The notes under the pieces: model-generated
Database searches by the model: none
Told to the model about the DNA's origin: nothing
What the model saw: only the letters and a program-made list of their open reading frames with translations
Origin: Candidatus Babeliales bacterium
GTDB lineage: Bacteria > Babelota > Babeliae > Babelales > JACPOV01
Reading direction: 5' to 3'
Length of the DNA: 64,000 nucleotides
Assembly: GCA_040879965.1 (NCBI GenBank)
Contig: JBBDJI010000007.1
Coordinates: 29,393-93,392 of the forward strand
Shown here: positions 34,565 to 45,681 of the stretch, one piece after another
Numbering within the stretch: the first letter of the stretch is position 1
How the letters are laid out: the number at the start of each line of letters is the position of its first letter
Program-made: the position numbers and the translations under genes

Positions 34565-36637
34565 TTATTCGTATAATTCTTTTCGAGTTAATTGAATTGC
34601 ATTGTTCATTAATTTAATCACGTCTTTAGTTTCTAATGGCGTTGTTTCCAACGAAAAATCCCATTGTTCATTGCTCGTTTTTTGGGGTTCTTCCAATCGA
34701 GAATAGCGATTAAACCAGATACCATCATGATGCTGCCATAGGTTTTTTATTTTTGAAAAATCAGTATCTTTTTGTAGTTTTGAAAAAAGTAAAACCGGCA
34801 TGTGATAAAGATAGATTTGATTTTTTTTAAGCCATTGATAATGGGCATAAAAATTATTATTAAAAGTGGCTAAAATAAGCGGTTCTTGTGCCGAGCTAAG
34901 CCCAGCCATGATGCCTTTATACAACCATGAGTGGGGTAGTGTAATATTATAAGCAGCAATAAGTGCAGTAGGTAGTTTGTTATTAATATGATTTTTAATT
35001 TTTTTGCCGATATTTTTTGCTTCTTGTTTTAAAACTCCAAAATAATTTTGCAATTGATTATGCTCAATTAAATACTTAACCCGATCGTTAACTTTGTTAA
35101 GTTTAGCCAAGTTTGGATTATTGTCTGCTATATAAAATTTTTGCCAAGCAAGATCAGAAAAATCCATTAAATTAGTATATTGGCCAGTTTGATTTTGCGC
35201 ATGATACATTTCAAAGTCTAAGAAAATGCCAGCAAGCGGCAGATTATTACTGATGTTATGTTGCCATTCTTCGTAAAAACGATCAAAAACTTCAATAACC
35301 TCTTTTTGCCAGTAATTTTCAAAATCTAATGGACTTGGGACTTTAGTATAATTTTTACCATACATATCTTTTGTGCTTTCTACAGGAGCCTTGGTGCCAA
35401 AATTACCTGAGATTTCCATGCCAATAAAAACATGAGGAAGTGGTAATTTTAATTCAATCGATTTTTGTTTGAGTGCAGCAGTAAATCGAAAAATACTTTC
35501 AAGAAATTCTTTTTTTTGTTCAGAGGTTTTAAAAGCATTATCGCTGAAATATATTTCCGGGTTAAGTTGTAGCCAGAGCATGTTTAATCCCGATTTTAAC
35601 AATCTTTCAGCTACTTCATTCTCTTTGCCATTAAATGGGTCTATTGCCATCCAACCGCATGCAATACCTTCTTTTTCAATCCAATAATATTTTGGGAATA
35701 CTGTTTGTTTTCGTTCTTGTTGAGCACGTTTTTTTTCTGCCAGACTGAATTCTGGAGTCAATTTTTTTGGGAATACTGTTTTATTTTTATGTGATCCAGT
35801 AAGAGTATGAAATATTGCAAAAACTTCTTGCAAACCAGAAAGTAATGCTAGTCTTAATTGAAAATCTACCGGGTTAAGAGTAAAGTTTTCGGCAATATCG
35901 GCGAAGGTTAGGTATTGTGCGCTCGTAATAATAAAATCATTACCAGTAGCAAGATTTTTAGTATGAAAACCAAGTGGATATAAAGGTGAAATTTTTGGAT
36001 ATGCTTCAAAAATACTACGATCTGGCAATGGTTTAATTATATTGTTTTTAACTTTTTTATTGTGAAGAATATTGAGCAGTGTGTTTTTATTTTCTCGTTC
36101 CATTAATAAGGCTGTATCATAGCGATAACTTTTGCTTGCACCAGAATAAAGTAGGTGTGTGAGTAATTCTTTGGTAGATTGATCTAAAGGAGAAGTACTA
36201 AATACGCCCATTTTCTTTAAAATTTTCTGTACATACGAAAGTCCAATAGCAACATGATTGCCAACTGATGGTAATGCAATCATAATAACTTTATTCTTTT
36301 GATTTTTGATTATTTCAAAAACTTGATATATCTGTTTTAACAATGGACTTCTTATTTTATGTTTTTGTGCAAGTTCTCGTGATGTAGCACTTAAAAAAGC
36401 CGGATCAAGAATTAAAAGTATTGCTTGAGCATGTTCAATATCGTCTTTTGATACTGCAGTGATATGACGAAAATCGGGCAAAAAACCTACTGACTGCGCT
36501 AAAACATGAGTATTGCGATAAACATAAGGATGATTAAGTGCAGAATCAATAATGAGAAGTTTTTCATCCGCAGATAAGCAATGATAATTAAATAAAGAGC
36601 CAATAAAGCTAATAACTAATATTTTTGAAAAATTCAT
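34565..36637 (-). CDS. Large hypothetical secreted protein (possible TIM-barrel glycoside-hydrolase-like fold)
   Basis: 690 aa with a signal peptide. Motifs such as GIFLDFEMYH and WLQLNPE are suggestive but not diagnostic. Confidence 0.4.
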   Translation of the reverse strand: MNFSKILVISFIGSLFNYHCLSADEKLLIIDSALNHPYVYRNTHVLAQSVGFLPDFRHITAVSKDDIEHAQAILLILDPAFLSATSRELAQKHKIRSPLLKQIYQVFEIIKNQKNKVIMIALPSVGNHVAIGLSYVQKILKKMGVFSTSPLDQSTKELLTHLLYSGASKSYRYDTALLMERENKNTLLNILHNKKVKNNIIKPLPDRSIFEAYPKISPLYPLGFHTKNLATGNDFIITSAQYLTFADIAENFTLNPVDFQLRLALLSGLQEVFAIFHTLTGSHKNKTVFPKKLTPEFSLAEKKRAQQERKQTVFPKYYWIEKEGIACGWMAIDPFNGKENEVAERLLKSGLNMLWLQLNPEIYFSDNAFKTSEQKKEFLESIFRFTAALKQKSIELKLPLPHVFIGMEISGNFGTKAPVESTKDMYGKNYTKVPSPLDFENYWQKEVIEVFDRFYEEWQHNISNNLPLAGIFLDFEMYHAQNQTGQYTNLMDFSDLAWQKFYIADNNPNLAKLNKVNDRVKYLIEHNQLQNYFGVLKQEAKNIGKKIKNHINNKLPTALIAAYNITLPHSWLYKGIMAGLSSAQEPLILATFNNNFYAHYQWLKKNQIYLYHMPVLLFSKLQKDTDFSKIKNLWQHHDGIWFNRYSRLEEPQKTSNEQWDFSLETTPLETKDVIKLMNNAIQLTRKELYE

Positions 36638-36758
36638 AACAACCGACTAAAAGAATTATAAACAATTTACTATTTAGATAATAAATGATTTGGATGGATG
36701 TTGCAATGATATAAATAAATTCAAATTTAAAATATATATTTAAAAGTTAAACCAGGAG

Positions 36759-36787
36759 TTGATAGAAATTCAAAAAAAACGTATAAT
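36759..36787 (+). promoter_or_regulatory. Canonical sigma70 promoter TTGATA-N17-TATAAT for gene 36825
   Basis: -35 36759-36764 and -10 TATAAT 36782-36787. The ATG lies ~38 nt downstream. Confidence 0.5.
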
Positions 36788-36824
36788 TTAAGATGATTTA
36801 TAGGTTAATGTAATAAAGGGATTT

Positions 36825-37745
36825 TTGATGAAAAGATATTTAGCTTTTTTAATGATTTTTTGTTTTAGTTTTAATTGCTTTGGGATGGAAGAGATTCGAG
36901 TAAAAGAGCAATCTTCAAAAGAGTCTAAAAAAGAGAATGAAGAATATAATAATCCTACTAGAGTTGTAGAACCAGATGATGATAATAATACTCAATATGA
37001 TGCAAAAAAGTATAAAATTAATTTTGGTGGAAATCCTGTAGATAATGTTAATATCGGTCTTAATATTGACATTGATCAAAAAAAACCAGCAAAACCAGAA
37101 CATCCTTTAATGAAACAAATTATAAGTCATACTCTAAACGGAATTGCTGCTGGCGCAAGTCAGACAACTGGACAATTATTAGTTCAACTTGTAGTTCAAC
37201 ACGGTTCAGACTTTTATAAATATATATCTCCAAATCCGCAAGAAGTAGTTGTAAAAGAGCAAGAACTTGGCAGTATTAAACAAGCTGCTCTTACACAGTT
37301 AAAAAATCTATTTGATAAAAATAAGCAATTTATAGGAACACTACCGATTGATCAAAAAATAAAAAATCAATTATTGGCAGAAAACCAGCAAAAATTGGCA
37401 GAAATTCTTTCAAGTGATTATCAAGCGCAAAAAAATGAAAAAGCTACTTGTGAAGATTTGCGAAAAGCAAATAATATTCTAAGTAATAATATTATAGTGA
37501 TAAGTAATATTATGGATGAATGTAATAAAGCAAAAACAAAAGAAGAAAAAGAGTTTTGGCAAAAACGTTTTATCCAAGAGCAATTATCTTTTCATGAGCA
37601 ACTTGTTAAATCAGCTAAACAAGAAGAAAATCAATTTAAAAAAGTATTATCAAAAAGTACCCCATACGTTGCGTGTGTAGCCGGTGGCGTTGCTACTGGT
37701 GTTGCTGGAACAGTAGGGTTGCTAGCAATGCTTGCCCCAAAGTAA
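36825..37745 (+). CDS. Hypothetical secreted coiled-coil protein with a C-terminal hydrophobic anchor
   Basis: 306 aa. Signal peptide, Q/K/E-rich helices, and a C-terminal VACVAGGVATGVAGTVGLLAMLA tail. Confidence 0.5.
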   Translation: MMKRYLAFLMIFCFSFNCFGMEEIRVKEQSSKESKKENEEYNNPTRVVEPDDDNNTQYDAKKYKINFGGNPVDNVNIGLNIDIDQKKPAKPEHPLMKQIISHTLNGIAAGASQTTGQLLVQLVVQHGSDFYKYISPNPQEVVVKEQELGSIKQAALTQLKNLFDKNKQFIGTLPIDQKIKNQLLAENQQKLAEILSSDYQAQKNEKATCEDLRKANNILSNNIIVISNIMDECNKAKTKEEKEFWQKRFIQEQLSFHEQLVKSAKQEENQFKKVLSKSTPYVACVAGGVATGVAGTVGLLAMLAPK

Positions 37746-37773
37746 TTAAATAAAAATATTAAAAAAAAGAAAT

Positions 37774-37807
37774 AAAAAGGCCCTCAAATGAGGGCCTTTT
37801 TTTATGA
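37774..37807. terminator. Bidirectional rho-independent terminator
   Basis: AAAAA-GGCCCTCA-AA-TGAGGGCC-TTTTTTT between convergent genes 36825-37745 (+) and 37802-38503 (-). Confidence 0.7.
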
Positions 37808-38503
37808 TTCATTTTGTACATAATAACGGTATGTTTTAGAAATCCAATATGCTAAAGTATCAATTAATCGTGCGATATCCCAAGTTACGACTGTATGGAA
37901 AAAATTATACGATTGTGTTTGTGATTTAATATTGAGCTTATCTTGGTATTTTTCAGGAAAATGTTTATAGATTGCTTGATGAATTAAATTAATCATTTCT
38001 GGTGCTATTTTATTAAATTTTTTAGTAGCGCCATGCTTGCTATAAATGCCATATAAAGTTTCAAACGATGGTTGTAGTGTAGCCGGAGTAAATGGCTTAT
38101 TAGTTGACCAATGTTTTATAAATTTTTTAAGAATTTTATAGTTAATGCGATATTCTATAGCATGGTTTACTATGCGGTATACACCGTAACCAGAAAGTAT
38201 TGTTGAAAGTGGGACGCCAAATGTACGCGCAAGTAATTGATATTGCACATCATCCTTTTGCTTTGGAATATAATTTAAACTAAGCATATCAGTGGCATAG
38301 CCAGCAGTAATGCCAACGCTCAATGTAGGTAGATATCTTTTAAAATAATTTAGGATAGTCGTTGATTCCTTTTGCGCATTGATTATAAACGTGTATTCCA
38401 TGAAGTCCCATGGCTGATTAATAAATAATTCTTTGATTGGATCTACGGTGTAGCTTTGATGAAAAGTACCTATTATTATACTTATTAACAATAATTTTTT
38501 CAT
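37802..38503 (-). CDS. Hypothetical secreted protein
   Basis: 233 aa with a signal peptide. Confidence 0.45.
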   Translation of the reverse strand: MKKLLLISIIIGTFHQSYTVDPIKELFINQPWDFMEYTFIINAQKESTTILNYFKRYLPTLSVGITAGYATDMLSLNYIPKQKDDVQYQLLARTFGVPLSTILSGYGVYRIVNHAIEYRINYKILKKFIKHWSTNKPFTPATLQPSFETLYGIYSKHGATKKFNKIAPEMINLIHQAIYKHFPEKYQDKLNIKSQTQSYNFFHTVVTWDIARLIDTLAYWISKTYRYYVQNES

Positions 38504-38511
38504 ATTTTTTC

Positions 38512-39267
38512 CTACAAATAATGTTTTTCAAAAACCCAGGTAGTGAGTAATAACACGAACATGCACCAAACAAGCAAATAAAGTATACCAAAAAATAACG
38601 GTAATATAGGTATCGGAAGTTGATATATTATTATACTTTTAATATCCAATAGTTGTAAATCAGGCAAAAAATAATATAGCATTGAGCCAAACATACTGAG
38701 CGATGTTTTTGATATTGCAAGATACCATGTTTGTATCGAATAGCATACAATATATGTAGCACTGGTTGCAAAATAAGCAAGTGTCGAAGAAAATAATAAA
38801 GAATATAAGAAGCCAAAGATACTTATGAAGATACCTTCTAAGGCGATTAAAATATAAGCAGGAAGTAAGTATAAAAACCATTGATTGGTTAAATAAAAAC
38901 CTAATAAAACTGAACTTCCATAAAAAATAATTGCGCTCATGATAAAAATAATAAAAAAACCTAATACAGAACTAATAATGAAAGTTGCCCGAGAAATATT
39001 TTTAGTTAGAAAAAAAGCAAAAGTATTATAATTTTGCTGCCTTTTTAAAAAAGGTATCGCAAATAAAATTATAAATGAAAAACTAAATAATTGATATGCG
39101 AACAGTGCGCTATCAAGATAAATTTTATGATAACTTCCAATAAGAGATTGTCCAATTACATGTGCAACCCCATGAATTCCGCAAAATATTGCCAAAGCAA
39201 ATGATATAATGCGATGATGAAGACAATCTTTAATGGTATATTCAGCTATAATTAGCAATGGCGACAT
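38512..39267 (-). CDS. Hypothetical polytopic membrane protein
   Basis: 251 aa with at least 6 hydrophobic helices. Overlaps the upstream gene by 16 nt. Confidence 0.45.
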   Translation of the reverse strand: MSPLLIIAEYTIKDCLHHRIISFALAIFCGIHGVAHVIGQSLIGSYHKIYLDSALFAYQLFSFSFIILFAIPFLKRQQNYNTFAFFLTKNISRATFIISSVLGFFIIFIMSAIIFYGSSVLLGFYLTNQWFLYLLPAYILIALEGIFISIFGFLYSLLFSSTLAYFATSATYIVCYSIQTWYLAISKTSLSMFGSMLYYFLPDLQLLDIKSIIIYQLPIPILPLFFGILYLLVWCMFVLLLTTWVFEKHYL

Positions 39268-39704
39268 GAACGAGCACGCAGCGCGTGTTTTTTAGTGTGG
39301 CGTTGTCGTGCTAGGCTTATCATGAGTGCTAAAGCAATTCGTTTAAGAACTAATGGCGTTTCGGCCTGCATACGGCTTCTTGTTACAGTTTGTGCAACAG
39401 AGACAATGCCGTCGATCATATTTGCCACATGTGTTGTAACATTTTCTTTATTGTGAGGATCTAAAAGAACTTTGCCAAAATTTCCTAAAATTGAAACAAA
39501 ATGAGCAAATAAAGCTTGATCCATTAGCTTATCTCGTTCAAGAGGATTTATAGGAACTGAGGTATTAGAAGGAGGCGTTGGTACAGGAACATATACTACT
39601 TGTTCTGATTGAGAACGAATTTTTTGGCGTGGTGCAGCGAGATTATTTTGAATTATTCCTAGAAACAACAATAAAAAAAATAGTCCATACTTCATAAAAA
39701 ACAT
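39252..39704 (-). CDS. Hypothetical secreted protein
   Basis: 150 aa with a signal peptide. Likely co-transcribed with the membrane protein 38512-39267. Confidence 0.4.
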   Translation of the reverse strand: MFFMKYGLFFLLLFLGIIQNNLAAPRQKIRSQSEQVVYVPVPTPPSNTSVPINPLERDKLMDQALFAHFVSILGNFGKVLLDPHNKENVTTHVANMIDGIVSVAQTVTRSRMQAETPLVLKRIALALMISLARQRHTKKHALRARSCRHC

Positions 39705-39823
39705 CTCCTTTTTTCTGTATTCTATTGAGGAGAGTTTTTTAAAGTCAATGTTCTATGAAAAGTAAGATGTTTTTACTACAAAAAAAATAGAAATTCCCAT
39801 GACTTTAAATCATGGGAATAATT

Positions 39824-41125
39824 TTATGTTTCTTGATCATTTTTTTCTTGAAAAATGCGAACTTGTAAAACGCGTTTAGGGCTAGCCTGTTGCACATGAA
39901 AATAGTATCCCTTATATAAAATGCGTTCTCCGGTTTTTGGTAAATGTTGCAATTGTTCAGTTAAAAATCCACCGATCGTAACTGCTGTTTCTACATCAAA
40001 TGTAATATCAAGAACACGTGCTAAAGAATCTAAATCAACACTACCATCAACAAGCCAATCGCTTTCCTTCAATGGAATTATTTTTTCTGGTACTGCTTCA
40101 TATTCATCACGGATTTCACCTACAATTTCTTCTAAAATATCTTCCAGCGTAGCAAGACCAGTGATGCTACCATATTCATTAAGTACGAGCGCGATATGCA
40201 TACGATTTTGTCTGAATTCTCGCAAAAGTTGATTGATTTTCATACTTTCTGGTACAAAAAGAATTGGTCGAATTAAGTCTTCAAGCGGTTTTTCTTGATC
40301 TTTAGTCATGCATACAAAAATATCTTTTTGTAAAACCATACCGATAATATTATCTTTTGATTCACGATATACCGGTAGTCGTGAAAATTGATATTCTGAA
40401 AATACATCGAATGATTGTTTGATAGTGGAATCTACATCAAGCATTACAATATCAATTGCTGGTACCATTATTTCTTTAGCTTGTTTACTGCCAAGTTTAA
40501 AAATGCTTTGAAGCATTGCAGTTTTTTCGCGTTCCATTAATCCTTTTTCATTGATGTAATCAATTAGAAAACGAATTTCACGTTCAGAAACTACCGATTC
40601 AGTTGGTATAGTAGATCCGCCAACAAAACTTACTAATAAAGAGGAAAAACGAATTAATAACGTTACGAATGGATACAAAATATAAAAAATTATATTGGTA
40701 AACCACAGGGTTGATTTAAAAAGTCTTTCGCCATATATTTTTGCAAAGTTTTTTGGAATTACTTCACCAAAAATCAAAATAGAACTGGTAGCAATACCAA
40801 TCCCAAGAGAAAAACCAAGCCCACCCGATAATTGTAATCGAGTAAAAATATTTTCCATGATATTAGTTATTAATGCTGCGGCGGTCACATTTGCTAAACT
40901 ACTTGCAATTAGAATAGATATCAGCACTTGTTGAGGACGTTCTTCTAATGTTTTAAATAATGCTTGATAACGTGGTGTAGTTGTTGCAAGTTCTTTCAAT
41001 TTAAATAACCGTAAAGCAGTTACTGTAGTTTCCAAAAAGGAAAATAGAGCACATGCCATAAGCGAAATAACAAATGCAATAAATTCTGTATACATAAAGT
41101 TATTTACATACGAATCTGGCTGCAT
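39824..41125 (-). CDS. HlyC/CorC (CNNM/TlyC) family transporter: DUF21 membrane domain, CBS pair, CorC_HlyC C-terminal domain
   Basis: 433 aa. Four N-terminal TM helices, tandem CBS-like segments, and the C-terminal transporter-associated domain. Confidence 0.7.
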   Translation of the reverse strand: MQPDSYVNNFMYTEFIAFVISLMACALFSFLETTVTALRLFKLKELATTTPRYQALFKTLEERPQQVLISILIASSLANVTAAALITNIMENIFTRLQLSGGLGFSLGIGIATSSILIFGEVIPKNFAKIYGERLFKSTLWFTNIIFYILYPFVTLLIRFSSLLVSFVGGSTIPTESVVSEREIRFLIDYINEKGLMEREKTAMLQSIFKLGSKQAKEIMVPAIDIVMLDVDSTIKQSFDVFSEYQFSRLPVYRESKDNIIGMVLQKDIFVCMTKDQEKPLEDLIRPILFVPESMKINQLLREFRQNRMHIALVLNEYGSITGLATLEDILEEIVGEIRDEYEAVPEKIIPLKESDWLVDGSVDLDSLARVLDITFDVETAVTIGGFLTEQLQHLPKTGERILYKGYYFHVQQASPKRVLQVRIFQEKNDQET

Positions 41126-41160
41126 AGATTATATATATCCTTTTCTTAATTTAATATTCA

Positions 41161-43134
41161 TTATTCTATGGAATCACCCGAAATATTATCATATTCTTTA
41201 TCAAAAAACGATTGCAACTTTTTGCTGCGCGATGGATGACGTAGTTTACGCAATGCCTTTACTTCAATTTGACGAATACGTTCACGGGTTACTGAAAAAT
41301 CCTTACCTACTTCTTCAAGTGTATGCTCTGAAGCAACATCAATGCCAAAACGCATCTTGAGCACTTTTTCTTCCCGAGGAGTTAATGTTTTAAGCACTTC
41401 TCGTACTCGTTCCTTAAGATCATTACTGGTTACAGTATCAGCAGGAGAGAAATCATTTTCATTTTCAATAAAGTCTTTTATAAACGCATCTTCACTATCA
41501 CCAACTGGTGTTTCAAGTGATACAGGTTCTTTAGAAATTTTGATAATATTCTTAATTTTCTTTTCATCAATATTAAGTTCTTTTGCAAGTTCAGTATGTG
41601 TTGGTTCTCGACCATTTTCTTGCACGAATACCCGCTTAATTTTGTTAATTTTATTAAGTGTTTCCACCATATGAACCGGTACGCGAATAGTTCTTGATTG
41701 ATCGGCAATCGCACGAGTAATTGCTTGTCTGATCCACCAAGTTGCATAAGTTGAAAATTTATATCCACGTTCAAATTCGAACTTCTCAACCGCCTTCATT
41801 AAGCCGATATTACCTTCTTGAATCAAATCAAGAAAATGAAGGCCTTTATTGATATATTTTTTGGCAATATTTACCACTAAACGAAGATTTGCTTTTGCCA
41901 AATCATCTTTTGCTTGTTTATCTTTTTGAAGTCCGATTTGAAGTTGTTGAAAATAAGTACGAACTAATTCAAGCGGTAAGCCAATTTCATTTTCAATTTT
42001 TTTAATTAATTTTTGAGCGGCACGAATATTTCGTTCAATTGCTTCTTTTTCTTGCAATTGTTCTTCGGTAGGATCTTTTATTAATTGCAAGTTTTTTAAA
42101 CGAATTTCGTCACGCTTAATTTCTTGTTGACGTTCTTCTATTTTGTTGACGTTCTTTTCAAGTCGTTTGGCAAATTTACGAATCAATTTATTCGATAATT
42201 TAATCGATTGAATTGTTTTGCTAATTTCTTCTTTATTTTGCCGAACTTTTTCAAGCATTTCCTGCTTTTTTTCTTCACTATCAAGCTTGCCACGATAACT
42301 TAAGTAGATTTTTTCTTCGTTAGCAATTAAGTCTTTAATAACATTGATAGTTTGCAGTAATGTGTGCTTTTCCTCTTCAATTTTTGGTAAATTTTCAGGA
42401 CCGAATTCTGAAAATTGGATAATATCTTTAAGAGGAACCGTATCTTTTTGTAATTTTTCACCAATTGAAATAAATTCTTTGTGGATGAAAGGGAAGCGAG
42501 AGAGTGATTCTATTGATTCACGTTTTCCTGATGCTATTTGATCAGCAATAATTTTTTCAGTTTTTTTGTTCAATAATGGAATTTTACCAATTTCTCGTAA
42601 ATATACTTTTACGCCATCAGTAAGTTGAGCTACACCGGCTGGTTCACGAACGGTAATAACTTCCTCTTCTTCTTCAGCTTCTGCTTCTTCAGAAGGTTCA
42701 TCTGTATCTTCATCAGATTCGCCTTCAAAATCGAGTTCTTCAAATTTTGGCTTTACGCCTTTTTCTTCATCTTTTTGAAAATCATCGAGCGTGAGAGTAC
42801 TTTCAAGCTCATCATGAGCAATAATATCAATACCTTCTTTATCAAGAAGGCGGAGTAATTCATGAGCATCTTTCTCAGAAAGTTGGTAGCGTTGACCAAA
42901 TTCAACTAGTTCTTCGTAAGTGAGTGCACCACTTCGCTGTCCTTTTTCCAGAACAACTTTAAAAATACCAGTTTTAACATCGGTTTCTTTATCTTCCATT
43001 TTTATTGGAACATCTTTTTTTGCAGGCATATCTTTTTTTGCAGGCATATCTTTTTTTGGCTGTGCTAATTTTTTTGTTTTTTTAGTATCAATTTCTTTTT
43101 TTTCTATTTTTTTTGAGATTACTTTTTTTATCAT
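41161..43134 (-). CDS. rpoD: RNA polymerase sigma-70 factor RpoD
   Basis: 657 aa. Regions 2-4 are conserved ([54 protein letters not shown]; [27 protein letters not shown]). The N-terminus carries a [17 protein letters not shown] repeat. Overlaps the dnaG stop. Confidence 0.9.
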   Translation of the reverse strand: MIKKVISKKIEKKEIDTKKTKKLAQPKKDMPAKKDMPAKKDVPIKMEDKETDVKTGIFKVVLEKGQRSGALTYEELVEFGQRYQLSEKDAHELLRLLDKEGIDIIAHDELESTLTLDDFQKDEEKGVKPKFEELDFEGESDEDTDEPSEEAEAEEEEEVITVREPAGVAQLTDGVKVYLREIGKIPLLNKKTEKIIADQIASGKRESIESLSRFPFIHKEFISIGEKLQKDTVPLKDIIQFSEFGPENLPKIEEEKHTLLQTINVIKDLIANEEKIYLSYRGKLDSEEKKQEMLEKVRQNKEEISKTIQSIKLSNKLIRKFAKRLEKNVNKIEERQQEIKRDEIRLKNLQLIKDPTEEQLQEKEAIERNIRAAQKLIKKIENEIGLPLELVRTYFQQLQIGLQKDKQAKDDLAKANLRLVVNIAKKYINKGLHFLDLIQEGNIGLMKAVEKFEFERGYKFSTYATWWIRQAITRAIADQSRTIRVPVHMVETLNKINKIKRVFVQENGREPTHTELAKELNIDEKKIKNIIKISKEPVSLETPVGDSEDAFIKDFIENENDFSPADTVTSNDLKERVREVLKTLTPREEKVLKMRFGIDVASEHTLEEVGKDFSVTRERIRQIEVKALRKLRHPSRSKKLQSFFDKEYDNISGDSIE

Positions 43135-44927
43135 ACGAGTCCCTTATGCAATAACTTTTTTTTCAATTCTTGAAATTGATGCAAAATTTGCCGCATTGTT
43201 TTTTCATCTTGTGCTTGTTTAGCTCGTGCAAGTTTTATTTTGGTATCCATGACAAATGATTTCCAATTTTTTTTTTGAAATTGCTCAAGTAAATACTCAA
43301 AGTTTTCTGGTCCTTCATACTCCTGACATTCAAGTAGGAGATGACTAATTAATATTTTTTCTTTTTCATTGAGCACATCAAAAAATTGAACGAAATCAAA
43401 TTGATTGGTACCTCCTTTTTTTTCTGTTTTTATTTTTTTAAAAAATACCTGCAAGGGCTGACTTAAATATGTTTCTACATACGTTTCATCTTCTGGCTGC
43501 ATCAAATCCACATTATTTATTATAACAGAAAATAATTTTTTTTCCAAGATTGGTATTTCTTGCAATATGGTCTTTAGGGTAATATTTTCAGAGTTTTCAA
43601 CTTCTTTATCTGGTTCTTGATAAGAGTTAAGGGGTTTTTGGGTTTGTTTTGCCAGCAGAATAAGTTCTTTTTTTAATGATAGCAGGGGAATATCAAAGGC
43701 TTTAGAAGCCCGCTGTAAGAGCATTTCTTTTTTTAATGCATCAGGTATAGTTACAATAATATTCATTAAATGACGAATGGTTGTCACTTTTTCGTTAATT
43801 GTTTTTTCAAAAAAGCCTTCAGTACTTGATTGAAGGCAAAATAGAAAAATATCCTCTGATTGAGCGATTAATGAAGGCAAGTCAGCACCTTTTTGCAAAA
43901 AAGAGGCAGGATCTTCTCCTTGAGGGAGCTTGATTATATTGAGCTCTAAATTAGTTTGCCAACTGAGTTCAGTAAGGCGAAGTGCCGCCTTTTGACCAGC
44001 TTTATCGCCATCATATAATACAAACAAGGTATCGGCATAACGAGAAATTCGTTTTAGATGTTCCAGGGTGCAGGCAGTGCCAAGTGTTGCTACAGTGTTT
44101 AAAAATCCATGTTGAGCCATTGCCAGACAGTCAGTATATCCTTCTACTAAAAATACTGCTTCTTTTTGCTGAATTGCTTTTTTTGCTTGATCAAGGCCAA
44201 AAAGTAATGACCCCTTTAAAAAGTATTTATTTTCTCGTGAATTATAATATTTAGGGCGATCATCATCTTTTTTATAGACACGCCCACCAAACCCACATAT
44301 TCGCCCCAGATTATCTTTTATCGGGAATATTATGCGCTCTTCAAAGGGAGAATATAAAATGTTTTTCCCTTCGCATATTAGATTTGCAACGATGAGGTCT
44401 TCAATTAAAAAATTGTTTTTTTGTGCGTAAGTGGTGATACGATCAATTGATTTAAAACCGCCAGGAAAATAACCGATTTGGTAATTTTCGATAACATTTT
44501 TTTCAAAGCCACGGCTTTTTAAATAGCGCAAAAGAGCAGGTGATTTTATAAGCTGTTCGTGAAACCAAGAAGCAATTAGCTGACAAAGATTATGGTAACG
44601 ATTTTTTTCATCTAATCGATCATCTTGATCAGAATCAATAGAAATATTTTTAGGAATTATTAATCGATAGCGCTCAATTAAGAATTGTGCTGCTTGTAAA
44701 GGGGTGCAATGTTCAGTTTTGCTAATGAAATTAATAACATCACCACCGATATGGCAGCCAAAGCAATAAAATATTTCTTTGTGAGGGCTGACCGTAAAAG
44801 AAGCTGTTTTTTCATGATGAAATGGGCAAACTCCTTTATAATAGAGGCCCGCTTTTTTAAGGGTAGCATATTCGCTTATTACTTCGAGTATGGAAACATT
44901 ATTTTTTATGTAATTAAAGAGGTTCAT
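43131..44927 (-). CDS. dnaG: DNA primase DnaG
   Basis: 598 aa. CHC2 zinc finger [13 protein letters not shown]...CFGCHIGGD and the TOPRIM region (EGYTDCL, DGDKAG). Confidence 0.9.
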   Translation of the reverse strand: MNLFNYIKNNVSILEVISEYATLKKAGLYYKGVCPFHHEKTASFTVSPHKEIFYCFGCHIGGDVINFISKTEHCTPLQAAQFLIERYRLIIPKNISIDSDQDDRLDEKNRYHNLCQLIASWFHEQLIKSPALLRYLKSRGFEKNVIENYQIGYFPGGFKSIDRITTYAQKNNFLIEDLIVANLICEGKNILYSPFEERIIFPIKDNLGRICGFGGRVYKKDDDRPKYYNSRENKYFLKGSLLFGLDQAKKAIQQKEAVFLVEGYTDCLAMAQHGFLNTVATLGTACTLEHLKRISRYADTLFVLYDGDKAGQKAALRLTELSWQTNLELNIIKLPQGEDPASFLQKGADLPSLIAQSEDIFLFCLQSSTEGFFEKTINEKVTTIRHLMNIIVTIPDALKKEMLLQRASKAFDIPLLSLKKELILLAKQTQKPLNSYQEPDKEVENSENITLKTILQEIPILEKKLFSVIINNVDLMQPEDETYVETYLSQPLQVFFKKIKTEKKGGTNQFDFVQFFDVLNEKEKILISHLLLECQEYEGPENFEYLLEQFQKKNWKSFVMDTKIKLARAKQAQDEKTMRQILHQFQELKKKLLHKGLV

Positions 44928-45681
44928 ATGATTTATTGTAGTATCTTATGCAAAAGAAACAAGTTGCGCCGCAAAAAATAAATAAAGAAAGCCATTGGTT
45001 TATTGAAAATAATGGCAAAGAATTAGAAAATTGCTGATCTCCTCTAAAAAAATCAACAAAAAAGCGTTCTAAGCTAGCGCAGACTAGATAGATATACAAG
45101 AATGATCCATCAAAGAAATTATTTTTCCGGTAGATATATAAAAAAAGAAAAATACTAAAAAGGATAATAGAGCTATAAAGCTGAGTAGGATGAATTTTTA
45201 TCAATGCTGGTGCAATTTCAAAAGGAGTAGAATACATAATACCAAAAAAAGAATTGGTAGGTTTTCCAAAGCAACAGCCGGCAAAAAAACAACCAATCCG
45301 GGAAATACTTTGTAAAAGTGGTGCATAGGTTGCGCATAAATCAAGCGTTGAAAATAGTGGTATACCATGTTTGTTAAGAAAAAAAGGAATGGTTGCAATA
45401 ACTGCAATTATGCTTCCTAAAACGGAAAAACCACCATGCCAGATTTCAAATATATTAATTGAATGTAAATATGAAAACTCCGTAAGAATATATAAAACAC
45501 GTCCACCAATTATTGCAGCGGCAATACCAATGGTGATAAGCGAAATAAATTGATCATAAGTAAGCAAGACCGCTCTTCGAGCATCACGATACATGAGATT
45601 CATAAAGGCAAGAAGCCCGAGAGCGATACAGATGCCATAACTTTGTATATAAATAGGGCCAAATAAATGTAAGATTTTCAT
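44914..45681 (-). CDS. lgt: Prolipoprotein diacylglyceryl transferase
   Basis: 255 aa membrane protein. WHGG motif, an RIGCFFAGCCFG signature-like segment, and HPTQLY. Confidence 0.75.
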   Translation of the reverse strand: MKILHLFGPIYIQSYGICIALGLLAFMNLMYRDARRAVLLTYDQFISLITIGIAAAIIGGRVLYILTEFSYLHSINIFEIWHGGFSVLGSIIAVIATIPFFLNKHGIPLFSTLDLCATYAPLLQSISRIGCFFAGCCFGKPTNSFFGIMYSTPFEIAPALIKIHPTQLYSSIILFSIFLFLYIYRKNNFFDGSFLYIYLVCASLERFFVDFFRGDQQFSNSLPLFSINQWLSLFIFCGATCFFCIRYYNKSYEPL

